A stretch of DNA of 63,068 nt, filler included, from Choristocarpus tenellus KU-1152 (lineage: Eukaryota; Protista; Phaeophyceae): assembly GCA_964200185.2 (NCBI GenBank). It is 12 parts of 12 records of this genome, joined end to end, with 100 filler letters (N's around TTAATTAATTAA, not from the genome) between each part and the next. Parts side by side here need not be neighbours in the genome. Positions count along the whole stretch, not along the records: positions 35,779 to 41,817 come from CAXNAD020009097.1; positions 41,918 to 45,970 come from CAXNAD020016461.1; positions 46,071 to 48,840 come from CAXNAD020024898.1; positions 48,941 to 53,397 come from CAXNAD020014467.1; 8 more parts are not named here. The stretch is one strand, 5' to 3'. Below the pieces are notes generated by a model. That model made no database searches. It was not told the DNA's origin and saw nothing but the letters and a program-made list of their open reading frames with translations. The translations under genes were made by a program, and so were the position numbers. Position 1 is the stretch's first letter, and each line of letters opens with the position of its first letter. Positions 39,616-51,038 of the stretch are shown here, in pieces.

Positions 39616-41817
39616 CTTCCAAAGGGAAAGTTTATGAAGTAATCTGAGTTTTGTGGGCGGAAGAATTCTGGTTGGTTGGGGTCACGGGGCAAGGAAGGAG
39701 ACAAGAAGGAAAAGAAGAATCAACAAAGAAGGGACGAAGAGTTAAGGAACGAGTGGGAGGTTAAAGAAATGAGTGGCAGGCAGAGGCACGAGAAATGAGG
39801 GGATGGTCAGTATTGAAGTGAAGAAGAAATCTGAGGGGGGGTAACAAGGAGAGGGGGGCTAGAACAAAAAGGACCCCCGAGCAAGCTTTCGAGCAAGTGC
39901 TTTAAGTGAGTGGCAGAGACTACGGGGACATGGCAAGGGAGAGAGACACAGAGAGAAAGAAAAACCAAGATAACGTGAGGGAGCATGGCACAGAGAGGAG
40001 AGGGAGAGATGGAAACAATCAAGACATCGTGGGAGGGATTCAGAGGGGAGACAGAGAAAGAGAAGGGAGAGATAGAAAGAAAGACATCCGAGGGATGGGG
40101 GGAACAACAGGATCCAAAAGAAAAGGAGAAGAGAGGAGAATTTTCGGCGCAGAGGATGCAAGAAGAGATCGAGAGTGCGAGGAGAAATCTGGAGATAAGC
40201 ATCGAGGGAGGGAACGAGACGTCGGGAGAGGAAGAAGGAAAGAGAGAAGAATCCGAAGAACTGAGCGAGTCCAATAAGCTCAAGTCTTTGTCAACAGATG
40301 TAGCCAATCTGACGGTGAGGATGGACAGCATGATGGATATCCTGCGAGGGCTACACCAGGCAAACATTTCATGCAGCTATGAAGGAAACAGGGGTGGGAG
40401 AAGAGAGGAGAGACCATGGAATGATGAAGAACCAAAAACGTGGTCGGGCAGGCGACGTCAAGGCGACTAGGAACGAACTCCAATGAATAGTGGACAATAA
40501 AGCAGACATTTCGGAGGCAGTGGCGGAGCAACTGAAGAACTTGGCCAACTTCAACATAAGGGAGTTCATACCTAAAGGAGAGTTGGGGAGGAGGACGAAT
40601 AAAGGAGACTATGAACTGCCGGATAATTTCGATTGTTTTGTGGCAGCAGTGAGGGAAATATGCAAGTACGAGGAGGGCTGGACGCCGGGACGGAGGAGAA
40701 CAGAAAACGTGGTGAGGGAATTCGAAGAAGCAAGATACAAGGTACGAACTTTTTATGGGGCCAACAAACCCACTCTACTCGAGTATCCAAGGATTGCAGA
40801 TTTGATATTCCGAGCAGTGGAGGAGGACTTAGAAGTGTGGGCAAAGGAAATTGCAAAAGCAGCAGATATTATTGGCAATAAATTTAACGCCCCAGACATG
40901 GATCCCTCTACCCCCGACACCCACTTTTACGGGTATGGAAGTCACGTTGAGACAGGCAAGGAACATGTTACCCACGCTATATAGCTCAGAGTCGAGGTCA
41001 AGGTCGATGAAGAGGGCAAGAATGTGGGGGGAACAGAGGTCGTCTAAATCTCCACGACCAGACGAAAGGACTAAGGATGGAGCATCGAGTGGCAAGGGAA
41101 GGCCATATAACCCGTGTTACGCTTTTCAGGCGGGAAAAGAGTGTGAATTCCTGAAGAAGCATGGGTTCTGCAAATTCGACCATTTCTCCGAAGGGGATGA
41201 AGATGCAGGGAAGGGAGACAAGGCCAAGCAAGACTCTAATAAGAAGGACCCCTGAGGGTGCGGGCCCATCCCCGGGGGGGATGGGCCGGCGAGACAGGAC
41301 CAGTGGAGTTCAGTACTACCACAACATGCGCAGTGGATGACAGGGATTCCGCGACCAGGGTCTTTGCACCGGTCAATCAATGGTAGAGAGGGTGGGGGAA
41401 GGAAAAATAATGAACTTGATGAGTGGTTTGAAGTTTGGGAGAGGTTAAAACGGGAAAAAGATCTGGTTTTAGCAGGGGCAGAGTTGGGAAAGTTAGCAAA
41501 GAGAGGAGAAGTGCTGCTTGACAAATACAAGGGGGATTTGGGGGAAGTAGTGGATAGGTTGGGTGAGAAATGGAGCCCCCAACATTCGAAGTGGGAAGAG
41601 ATTGATAGACATTTTGGAAAGAAGGTAGGATTCCCCTAGATAGAGAGACTCCAGCAGGTAATGCAATCTGGGTACCAGTGGAGGTGAAAGGATAAGGGGG
41701 GGGTAGATGAGAGATTGAGTTATGGTAACCATAGGAGCGGGGGGAATCATAGTAAGGCCCTTTTAGAGAAGATTATAGCGGATGTGCTTCAGGGTAGGGC
41801 ATTGGTGTTCCCCAAAA
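39616..41817 (+). mobile_element. Tyrosine-recombinase (DIRS/Ngaro-like) retrotransposon, 5' part, disrupted
   Basis: Gag-like ORF in three frameshifted pieces (39985-41255) with a coiled coil and CCCH finger CYAFQAGKECEFLKKHGFCKFDH. The following frame has GNHRSGGNHSKALLEKIIADVLQGRALVFP, resembling the pre-RT segment of DIRS-like pol. The RT core and YR lie beyond the contig end. Confidence 0.65.
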
Positions 41818-42429
41818 NNNNNNNNNNNNNNNNNNNNNNNNNNNNNNNNNNNNNNNNNNNNTTAATTAATTAANNNNNNNNNNNNNNNNNNNNNNNNNNN
41901 NNNNNNNNNNNNNNNNNCTGGCGGCAATGATTTCATTTGATCGTCGTGCACATGTATGCCCTGCGTTGGATTGCTTGCTTGAATAATTAGTGTGGTCGGT
42001 GGAGTCATTTGACTGTCGATGGTGGAGGTGGTAGGAAAAAATAGTATGTCAAAGCAGTTTCTTTCGTGGCGGCGTTTCATCATGAGAAGAAATGATATTT
42101 TCCCATATTATTAAATTGTTTATCAGTCATTGCTATCGTCGCCAAGTAGAAGAAGAAGCTGTGCAAATTACCTTGGGAGGTTGTGCTATTTGTTAGTAGT
42201 GAAGATAAGAAGGTGTGAAGCCTCACACGACCCCCTTTGCTGAAATTGATCACATGGTTGAAATTAGAAGAGTGACCTTTGTCGGGGCTCTTCTCATTGC
42301 TTGTTTTATTATTTTTTGTGCTTTCTACAGAACTCAACAATTAAATCAAAGTAGTTGAATTCAAATCAACAAAACCTATACATATTCCATTCATAATTCT
42401 GATGTACGTTCTCATTAGTTACATCACAT

Positions 42430-43551
42430 GGACTTAATCAAAATAACTATCTCTCATACACAAAATAAGGTACACCTCACTATTGTCCTATTTTGCACTC
42501 TCTCCCATGAGAATGCAGGCAATGAAAGAGTTGCTGGAACTCTCAAACCTAAAACATCTTATATATACCTGTACTGTCCCATTCTGCACACTTCCACATG
42601 AAAAATGGAATTATAAGACGTCGGATTGGTTCAATTCTCACACACATCACATTTATCTTGTCAACGCAATAAAAGAACACTGATTACTTGAACTCAAACA
42701 CACGTCATTCATCTAGTCAACACAGTGATGTACAATCGCGTCCCATGATGACCCCTCGATTAGTTTATGATTACAAATTTGAACCAGCCCCCTTTTGCTC
42801 TTTCTCTTGTTGGACGTAGCACTCACTCCCCCAGGCTTGACGCCTATCATAATTGAATGCCTTGTACATCCTCTTGTTAGTGAAGTCCTTTGCTAACAAC
42901 CTTCCTCGCCAGGGTGCCTCTGATATGGAAGATGGTTCTTGATGGTCTGGAGTAGACACTATTTACTTCCCAGACTTACAAGTCTTGTACAGGCAGCCCT
43001 TTGCTGACAAACTTCCTCTGGTTTTCTTTTCTGGTTCCAACCCTGGTCTAGCTAATTCCTCCGCTGTTAAGATGGTGTCGCTCTCCTCTGGCGACAAACG
43101 ATAAGGTTTCCTTTTTACCTCCACAGTTGTAGCATATTCCTTCAAAAGAACAAGGACCAATATGCTTGATCAGTCCAGAGTTTAAACATCGTCTGTTGGT
43201 CCTGATCTCGTCTCTGGTAGGGGATCTTGTTGTAATATGGTCCGTACGTTGACCAGTTGTACCTTGGCCGCCTCATCCGCTGACCTTCTGTGTTCTCTTC
43301 CACGAGTCTATGGTCCCAGCGGCTAGAGTGCTCTCAGGCTCCCCACGGTTAGCTCCTCCTTTCCTTTCTGGTGGAGGCTTAGCTACTGCTCCTGCTAATG
43401 TCCTGCTCCCCTAGTGGCAGGTACAACAGCAATTGCTTTTCTCATTCCGTAAGCAAGAAACTTGGGGTCTCCAATCGATGGGCGAGCCCCCTTCAGGGAC
43501 AAGTGTTGTGACGACTGCACTAGGTCCATAGGCAGATTCTTGTGGCTCAGA

Positions 43552-43603
<52 letters not shown>

Positions 43604-43850
43604 TGGCTGAGGCTCAGGATTGCAGCTCCAGCTGCATTGCCTCGATTAACTCTGTCATGTTGTCCCAGTGCCCCACTGTTCAATATTCGGAATGGCATAC
43701 CAGGTACCCAAAGTATCTTCTTGACCTCCTGTTCTTGTTTGTTACCGATTGTACCTTATCTCATGTCTCCCTAGCCTCCAGTTTCCATTTGTGTCAAAGG
43801 TGCAGGTCCACTTTGTTGGGATGACGATGATGATACTATTCTGACAGAAG
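42430..43850 (-). mobile_element. Decayed LTR-retrotransposon (Copia-like) remnant
   Basis: QAWGSECYV (integrase C-terminal-like) and FHF...VQNGTVQV (RNase H end-like) on the minus strand; many stops. Confidence 0.35.
43546..43603 (+). repeat. (CTCAGG)n hexamer repeat
   Basis: About 9 tandem units; reads (EP)n on the minus strand. Confidence 0.9.
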
Positions 43851-44237
43851 TTACCACTGAGCGCATATAAGTATTGACATTATATGATGATCGACCTCTT
43901 TGTACGAATATCTCAGTCGTGCCCGAGATATAGTTTGTTGCGATCTGCCCCCCCCCCCCACCCTGTCAGATACGCCGATCTGCATTTATCTATTTGCTCA
44001 GGCAGGTTGTTGGACTTGCAACACATCGCAGTGGGCGAACGGGGCAAGGGGTAGGTGTGAAGCGGTCGCGGGACACACGCGGCAGGCAGTAGTGAGCAAC
44101 ATGTTGCTGTCGACAGAAAGACCACGAGGGATAAAAAAGATCAACAGCGAAAAGATCAACAATGGACTAACTGACGATGAACCTAACAAAGGAAACTCGG
44201 TAACAACTTGGTAGATCAGAAGAGTCATCAGGCGATC

Positions 44238-44585
44238 ATGGAACAAGGACAACACTCCATCACCCACCGTTGGCAATTAGCCTCTCTTCTGCTTGGTTGA
44301 ACTCCATGTAGACACGCATCATGAAAGCGCGTTTGGGATCAAACTCTCTCTTCAACACCGTTATTCTATGGTTTCCGTCCAGTGTTCATCCTTGAATGGC
44401 AAGCGAAACTCGGCAACATCACATGCACGGAGATGGTGCGTCCACTGAGCGAGTGTGGCCTTGCGCGCGTCAGCAAGTCCATTCGAGAAAAAGGCTGGCT
44501 GGAGCTATTTGCTCCGTCTGTCATCATCCAACGAGACTGCTTCGGCAAGCGCAATTCCGGCGGTGAGCTGGTCCCCATTACCTAA
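44238..44585 (+). pseudogene. Truncated ParB/Srx N-terminal-like ORF (left copy, two in-frame TGA)
   Basis: ATG at 44238 is in frame with KRVWDQTL...KLGNITCTEMVRPLSECGLARVSKSIREKGWLELFAPSV. Confidence 0.5.
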
Positions 44586-44852
44586 ACAGTCTCGCTGGAA
44601 TACGACAGACGGAGCAAACTGCTCCAGCCAGCCTTTTTCACGGATAGACTTGCTGACGCGCGCAAGGCCACGCTCGCTCAGGGGACGCACCATCTCCGTG
44701 CATGTGATGTTGCCGAGTTTCGTCCGGTACATGCCGAGGTAGTGATGTTCTAGGAGCGAGGACATGCCCTTCAGATTGCTGTCCCACGTTCTCGATCTGT
44801 GGGCAGCACCATTGGCGGGCGGATGGGCTGTTGTTGAGCGAATGCTGGACAT
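44505..44852 (-). pseudogene. Truncated ParB/Srx N-terminal-like ORF (right copy)
   Basis: GCCATG at 44852. MSSIRS...RTWDSNL...KLGNITCTEMVRPLSERGLARVSKSIREKGWLEQFAPSVV fits R......L..L..SI...G.L.P..V. Confidence 0.55.
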
Positions 44853-45189
44853 GGCGAAGGTTGGGAGGGTGTGACGGGGATCGATAAATAACAGGTGCGC
44901 GTAGTATGTACGGAGGGGAATGAATTGAAATGAGGACTGAGGGATGGGAAGTGCTGCTTTATTTAATCTGGTCGGTCGGTCCTCAAAACTCAGATTTGTC
45001 TTTCCGTTGACAATTGTGTTACAAGAAATACGAATATTGAACAGCATACGATTTAATATTAGAAAGAGACAGAGAGTAACAGTTTTTTGTGAACTTTTTG
45101 TTTCGTACGTTTCAAACGTATTGAATCAACGAAGGATGTGGTTTGTACTTTTATTTGTTGATGTAAATATTAGATTATTATTATTATTT

Positions 45190-45745
45190 CATAAAAACCC
45201 TAACACACGTATTTTGGGTCTTCAAGGGTTTAGAAGATCAGATCAGATCTCTAAAACTCTAGATCCGCTTTTTTGTCGTCTTTAGTATTCTAAAGTCGCC
45301 AAAAAGCGGTTTTACTCTTTAAATAAATTGTGGGTACCAGTTGGAAGTGACCTTTTAGTTTCTAAAAATTGGAAACGTGTGAGACCCATAAAGTGCGTGC
45401 CTTGTATTTTCAAAAATTGTAAGAACGGTTATTACTGGATTTACTATTCCTAAAACTCCTACTGCACGTGTTTTGGGTGTTTAGGGTTTAGGGGACCAGA
45501 TCGGATCCCGTAAACCCAATGAACCGCATTTTGTCGTCTCTACTATTTTAAGAATGCAAATATCCAACAGTTGAAGATTTTGTACTTCAAAAAATTAGAG
45601 GGTGCCAGTTTTTTTCCGACCTTTTGGTTTCTGAACATTGGAAACGTACAAGATCAATGAAGTATGTGCTTTGTATATTAAAAAATTGTAAGTACGGATA
45701 TAATCGGATTTACAACTTCCAAAGACCGTAATGCACGGATTTTCA
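45190..45745 (+). repeat. Diverged ~265-bp tandem duplication (2 copies plus a partial third)
   Basis: Blocks CACGT.TTTTGGGT, TTTTGTCGTCT, GACCTTTT.GTTTCT..A.ATTGGAAACGT and AAAAATTGTAAG.ACGG each recur about 260-270 bp apart. Confidence 0.8.
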
Positions 45746-46070
45746 GGATCATGGATCTCAGGGTTAGCCCACGGATCGCCCGGAGCTCAAACATCGTTCA
45801 TACGCCTGGCTTCGAATCTCATCACTCCTAGACCTTCTCACTGCCCAAAACCGCCTGTTGCCCGAAAACACCATGACAAGTCCAACAACTTGCCCAAGAA
45901 AATAGATAAATGCAGATCGGCGTATCTGACAGGGTGGGGGTGGGGAGGCAGATCGCAACAAACGATATCTNNNNNNNNNNNNNNNNNNNNNNNNNNNNNN
46001 NNNNNNNNNNNNNNTTAATTAATTAANNNNNNNNNNNNNNNNNNNNNNNNNNNNNNNNNNNNNNNNNNNN

Positions 46071-46727
46071 CCGTGCCTATCTCGTGAGTCTCCATTCCCA
46101 TCCTCGATCGCCTCCACCTCGTCCCCATGTGGGCCTATTCCGTTCTCTGTCCGTCCTTCTCCATTCTGCGAATCCAAGACCTGGGTATCTATTCCCGGAG
46201 CTGGGTTAATCCTTCCACTTGTATTCGGTCCTTGCCCTTGCCTGTCTTGTGTACCGTCGTCGCCTTCCTCCATCACCTCCACAACCCCATCCCCTCCCCC
46301 TTCATATATTGTATCATATTGGTATCAAAGTTTAATACCATTGTATCGTTGTATCATTGTATCGTTGTACCATTGTACCGTTGTACCGATTGAGGTTCCT
46401 TGTCAAGCGCCCATGATTCCACTGGCGGACCTTCCGTCAGAATGACACCATGGAATCTCTTCACGAGACCAACCCCACAGACTTGGGATAGCTCATCATT
46501 CAGAGTTGTCACACAAGAAAGATTCCTTTTGTTCTCACGTCTTGACATGCGGTGACGAAGCCCCATCTCTGAAGATGCTCATCACTCCTCAATTTGTACT
46601 TGTCCAATCTTAACCTCGTATCCTCGGTTACGGTTCGTCTCTGTTCGTCTGATCCATCTTGCCCGGTGATTCGCTTCGCCACCCTTACCTGAGTGAACCG
46701 CGCCGCCACAGAATCACACGATTCACA
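46071..46727 (-). repeat. LTR-like interspersed repeat (homologous to 32038-32106)
   Basis: Shared terminus; internal short GATACAA/GGTACAA repeats at 46335-46390. Confidence 0.6.
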
Positions 46728-47670
46728 GTTGTCATAAATAAGAAAGAAATTAATCTATTCGTTTTTTTTCTACTACAGTAAGTATGCTACACTGTTCCCT
46801 TCTTGTATCTCGAACCTAGGTTATTCTTGTACTGCAAGGTGAGGGGCTAGGGAGGATCCCACGAATCTAACAAACCCCTCCTTGCCCATCTCCCTGGTGT
46901 CTCCAGCTTAAAGTGCATGACCCGTCTGGATAGGGCTACCTGTGTTGTGACAGAATCTACCTGTCTTAGACGGGAATTGACAGCCCCCTTCCTGCTATAA
47001 CTTCCTATCCCTCTCCCTCCTATTGCGTGGGTAGCTAGCTAATCCAGAAAAATTTCCGCTTGCTTACTGAGGCGCACAAAACGTTCCACCGTGAAGGTGT
47101 TGAGGTTATAACTATGAGGGTCAAACGAGCCCTCGTAGTGGGTGCGTTTCGTACCTCAGCTGCAGCAGCAGTTACACTCTTGCTGGTGGATGAGCGGTGG
47201 GAGGTTGCCTGCACTTCTGTAAAGGTAACATCTAGCAGGAGATCTTTGTCTTGGTAGAGGATTAATCTGGTGTCCGCAAGTGCCCCTGCATGGAATGTTA
47301 CAACATGGAAGTCTCGGTAGGACATCCATGTTACAAAACGCTCCAGAAGCTTACCTCTACAGGATGTGTAGTCGCAGTCCACAAGTCTATAGATAACGAT
47401 GATGCACGTAAAGTACTCCTGATGCAGAAGTCGTCAAGTATGCTGTATCTCTGACTTGTATTATTCCCCTCATAAGTATCAATATCATCGTATAAAAAGG
47501 AACTGGCAAGGATGTACCACCTGAGATAGTAACTAAGTAATAAACAAAAGTCAAGAAGTACAAATATATCAAAGCTAGGACTTCGAGGTCATAATGTTAT
47601 TTATGAAACCACCATCAAGACATATCGCTTGTAATATGCCCCCCTAGCATGAAGCATAACTGCTTCAATG

Positions 47671-47845
47671 GGCTCAAAGTATCTGGGAGGGGGTGGCGGC
47701 TGTCCATTTGGGGGAAATTTGTTCATATCACGACTTTTGGGTGATTTGGTTGCATACTTCGGACGGATAATGTAAATGCACTTTCCCGATTTTGATCCAA
47801 ATGGACGCCCTGGTGTAGAACCCCCCCCCCCAGAAACTTTGGGTC
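47671..47845 (-). mobile_element. MITE, ~175 bp subfamily, full copy
   Basis: GGCTCAAAGTATCTG...CAGAAACTTTGGGTC with 4-bp direct repeat AATG on both sides. Confidence 0.9.
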
Positions 47846-48056
47846 AATGCGATGAACAGGCAATTGGAAAAGGAAATATAATTTCACTCCTCATCCTATC
47901 ATGAACATAGCAGAAATAAAATGAATGTCACTTTCAGGTCCTAAAATATCAGTAGGCAGCGTTGGGGATCCATCGGAGGAGGAAATCTGGAGGAAAAACC
48001 TCCTTCCAACGTTTGCCCTGACGACGGATAGGTTAGTGCGACACTCGCACCTCACG

Positions 48057-48352
48057 GGCTCAAAGTATCTGGGGGGGCCGGCGGCTGACCATTTGGGGCC
48101 AATTTTTCATGTCGCGATTTTGGGGTGATTTGGTTGCATAAGTGGGATGGATAATGTAGTGCATTTTTCCTGTTTATAGGCCAAATGAACATCCTGGTGT
48201 AGACCCCCCCCCCCCCCCCCCCCCCCCCCCCCGTCTGCCGCTCTTCCCCCCCCCTTTATTCCCAAATAACAAAAAAAAAAAAAAATCGCAAGAAAAACAA
48301 ANNNNNNNNNNTGGTGTAGACCCCCCCCTCCCCCCCCCAGATACTTTGGGTC
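48057..48352 (-). mobile_element. MITE, ~175 bp subfamily, spanning a 10-N gap
   Basis: Both termini present, flanked by ACG(G). The poly-C tract appears duplicated by assembly. Confidence 0.85.
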
Positions 48353-49189
48353 ACGGCATTCACTCTGCATTTAACTCAACATTCAAAAGAAGGGTACTGT
48401 CTGAAAAGACACCACCACTTCCAAGCTAAACAAACACAAATACAGACACAAAACCGTAGTAGCACTGAACTTGGGTATTGCCATAGACGCTCTCCCTTCA
48501 GAACTAAAACACAGCAACTACAGGACGCCAAGACAAAGACTCCACTAGGTCTTCTGAGGGACACCTGTAGAGAGGAGGATGCGGATGGACGATCCCAGGG
48601 CCCGTACTGTGGGCCCCAGGGCTCGCAAAAATGGCTTGTGAGAAGGATTCACCATGAGGCCCCTGCTGCCTTGCTAGGAGGGTGGGGAGAGTAGCCACTA
48701 GTGATCCTACAAATAATGCATGTTGGTGGTGCTTCATAGAGGAGAAGCCCAACCCCCCCACACTTGTGGGCATCTGTGCCTGTACGTGTTGGTGGATCTC
48801 TAGGCGGAGAGACCCATTGTTATACCCCCCCTCAAGAAAGNNNNNNNNNNNNNNNNNNNNNNNNNNNNNNNNNNNNNNNNNNNNTTAATTAATTAANNNN
48901 NNNNNNNNNNNNNNNNNNNNNNNNNNNNNNNNNNNNNNNNGAGGTGGGGCGGGTGGTGCGGGTGGGGGGGGTGGGAGGGTGGGAGGGGGGGGGGGGAAAT
49001 ATTGAAACAATGATACGTAGCGTCTCTTTGAAGGCAGAATAAGGTATACCATCATAATGCCAACAGGGTACTTTGCAAGTGTATTGTACTGCCACAAAGC
49101 TAACCCTAACCCTACTCCATATCTCTTCACCACATTGTACATAGCGTCATTAAGTACGGGCTATTGATAAGCAACAAATGTGCTTAAGA

Positions 49190-49570
49190 AATAAAAACAA
49201 GATAGTGTGCTTTTTTAAACATTTGTAACAATGTATGAAAGAAAAAAAACAAAATATTGTGCTTTTTAAAACATTTGTAACAATGTATGAAAGAAAAAAA
49301 AACACGATAGTGTGCTTCTTTAAACATTTGTTACAATGTAAGAAAAAAAAGCAAGATAGTGTGCTTTTTAAAACATCTACAACAATGTATGTAAGAAAAA
49401 AAAGCAATATAGTACACTCTTTAAAACATCTACAACAATATATGCAAGAAAAAAGAAAGTACACTAGTGCAAGTGTACTCTTTAAAACATCTGTAACAAT
49501 GTAAGAGAGAAAAAAAAACACGATAGTGTATTCTTTAAAACATCTACAACAACATATGTAAGAAAAAAAA
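49190..49570 (+). repeat. AT-rich minisatellite, ~53-bp unit x7
   Basis: GATAGTGTGCTTTTTAAAACAT(T/C)TGTAACAATGTA..AGAAAAAAAA repeated in tandem. Confidence 0.9.
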
Positions 49571-50076
49571 AGTATGCAAAAATGATTCGCAGTCTGCATG
49601 TGAAGACAGTAACAGAAATAATAGCAATAACAACAAAATTATTATTATTATTATAGCAATAGTAATAGTAATAGTAAATAGCAATAGCAAATAGCGCTCA
49701 AGAAATAGAAAAATAGAAAAAAAAAAATGAAAGCCGCTGAACTTGTTCTGACCATTGCAAATCGCATTCACGGGTAGGAGCTCTAAACCAACTGACTATT
49801 AAAAAAATAAGAATCGAACACCTCAGAGTACCACAGGGCTCTGCGAACAGAGCACGCAAGCACCCACAAACGCACGTACGTACGAGAAAAAAGAAAAAAA
49901 TATACCAGAAAAAAAATAATAATCCTCATTTTTTTTTTCAAGTTTTTGATCAAATATTGATCCTGTGATTTGATCAGGTGACAATCAAATCAAACAACAT
50001 TGCCATCGCTACAACTCACATCACAACACCCTAACAACACCTGTGCTACAGTCAAAACTCTCTTCTTCATTTTTAA

Positions 50077-50215
50077 GTGTGCGTGTGTGTGTGTGTGTGT
50101 ATTGTGTGTGTGTTGTGTGTGTGTTGTGTGTGTGTTGTGTGCGTGTTGTGTGTGTGTGTGTGTGTGTATTGTGTGTGTGTTGTGTGTGTGTTGTGTGTGT
50201 GTTGTGTGTGTGTTG
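50077..50215 (+). repeat. Compound (TG)n/TTGTG microsatellite; (ACATTT(A/G)TA)n at ~50445-50492
   Basis: Direct observation. Confidence 0.9.
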
Positions 50216-50977
50216 ATTATCGGTTGTACAAAAAAATGTTGCAGTGTATCCAAAAAAATCGGATCCTCGAAAAAGATAAGCATAGTATGGAATACTGCCA
50301 AAACTAATCTCCTTTTAAAAAAAAAGGAAAAAAAAAAAGAACAAGAGCGTGAACAGAACGTCACAATGACGTAAGCAGGAGAAACCAAAAAAAAAAAAGT
50401 TGTGCGACTTTGGAATGGAGCGTGCATCGGTGAAGACTCCACATGTTTGTAACATTTGTAACATTTATAACATTTATAACATTTATAACATATATATACA
50501 TACATTAGACCAGAAGAAAGTGCTAATCAGAAGAAGTGTGCATCAGTAACGACCTCGCCGCATTTGTTCGTACATATGTACAGTTTACTATTATTTTATT
50601 CTTTCAAAGCAATAAAAATACAGTAATTTTATTACACAAAGACAGTATACAATTCATATATATATTTATATATATATATATAAATGTGCGATATTTTTTG
50701 TTTTTGTTTTCTAATAGACATTGAATATAACGTCCCGAAAGAAGCGATACAGAAGCGCCCCCCTCCATCCTCCGTTCATTATTTATTCATAACACGATTG
50801 CATAGAATGACTCCCGGGCACGTCCAATCGAAATACTCCAATGGGCGAAGCAGGTGGCATGGGAAGGAGATTCGGGGGGGGGGGGGGGGGGGGGGAGCCC
50901 GGAGCTTCCGNNNNNNNNNNTTTTAAAAACAAAACAAGACACGCCACAGCACCAAGCAGACAAAGACGAAAAACCGG

Positions 50978-51038
<61 letters not shown>

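Larger units (their letters stand above)
43914..45970. mobile_element. ~2-kb TIR element with internal inverted ParB-like ORF fragments; right end cut by contig break
   Basis: 43926-44018 is the reverse complement of 45877-45970 (~93 bp, few mismatches). No transposase is visible inside. Confidence 0.85.
47035..48840 (-). mobile_element. CRE/R2-type non-LTR retrotransposon 3' remnant, interrupted by two MITEs
   Basis: QAQMPTSVGGLGFSS...ALFVGS (post-RT LP..GGLG motif), then LLLDVTFTEVQATSH...AAAAE (restriction-like endonuclease region). Confidence 0.6.

Noticed and set aside
49190-49570. CRISPR array
   Set aside because: Units are contiguous tandem copies without unique spacers; eukaryotic context and no cas genes.
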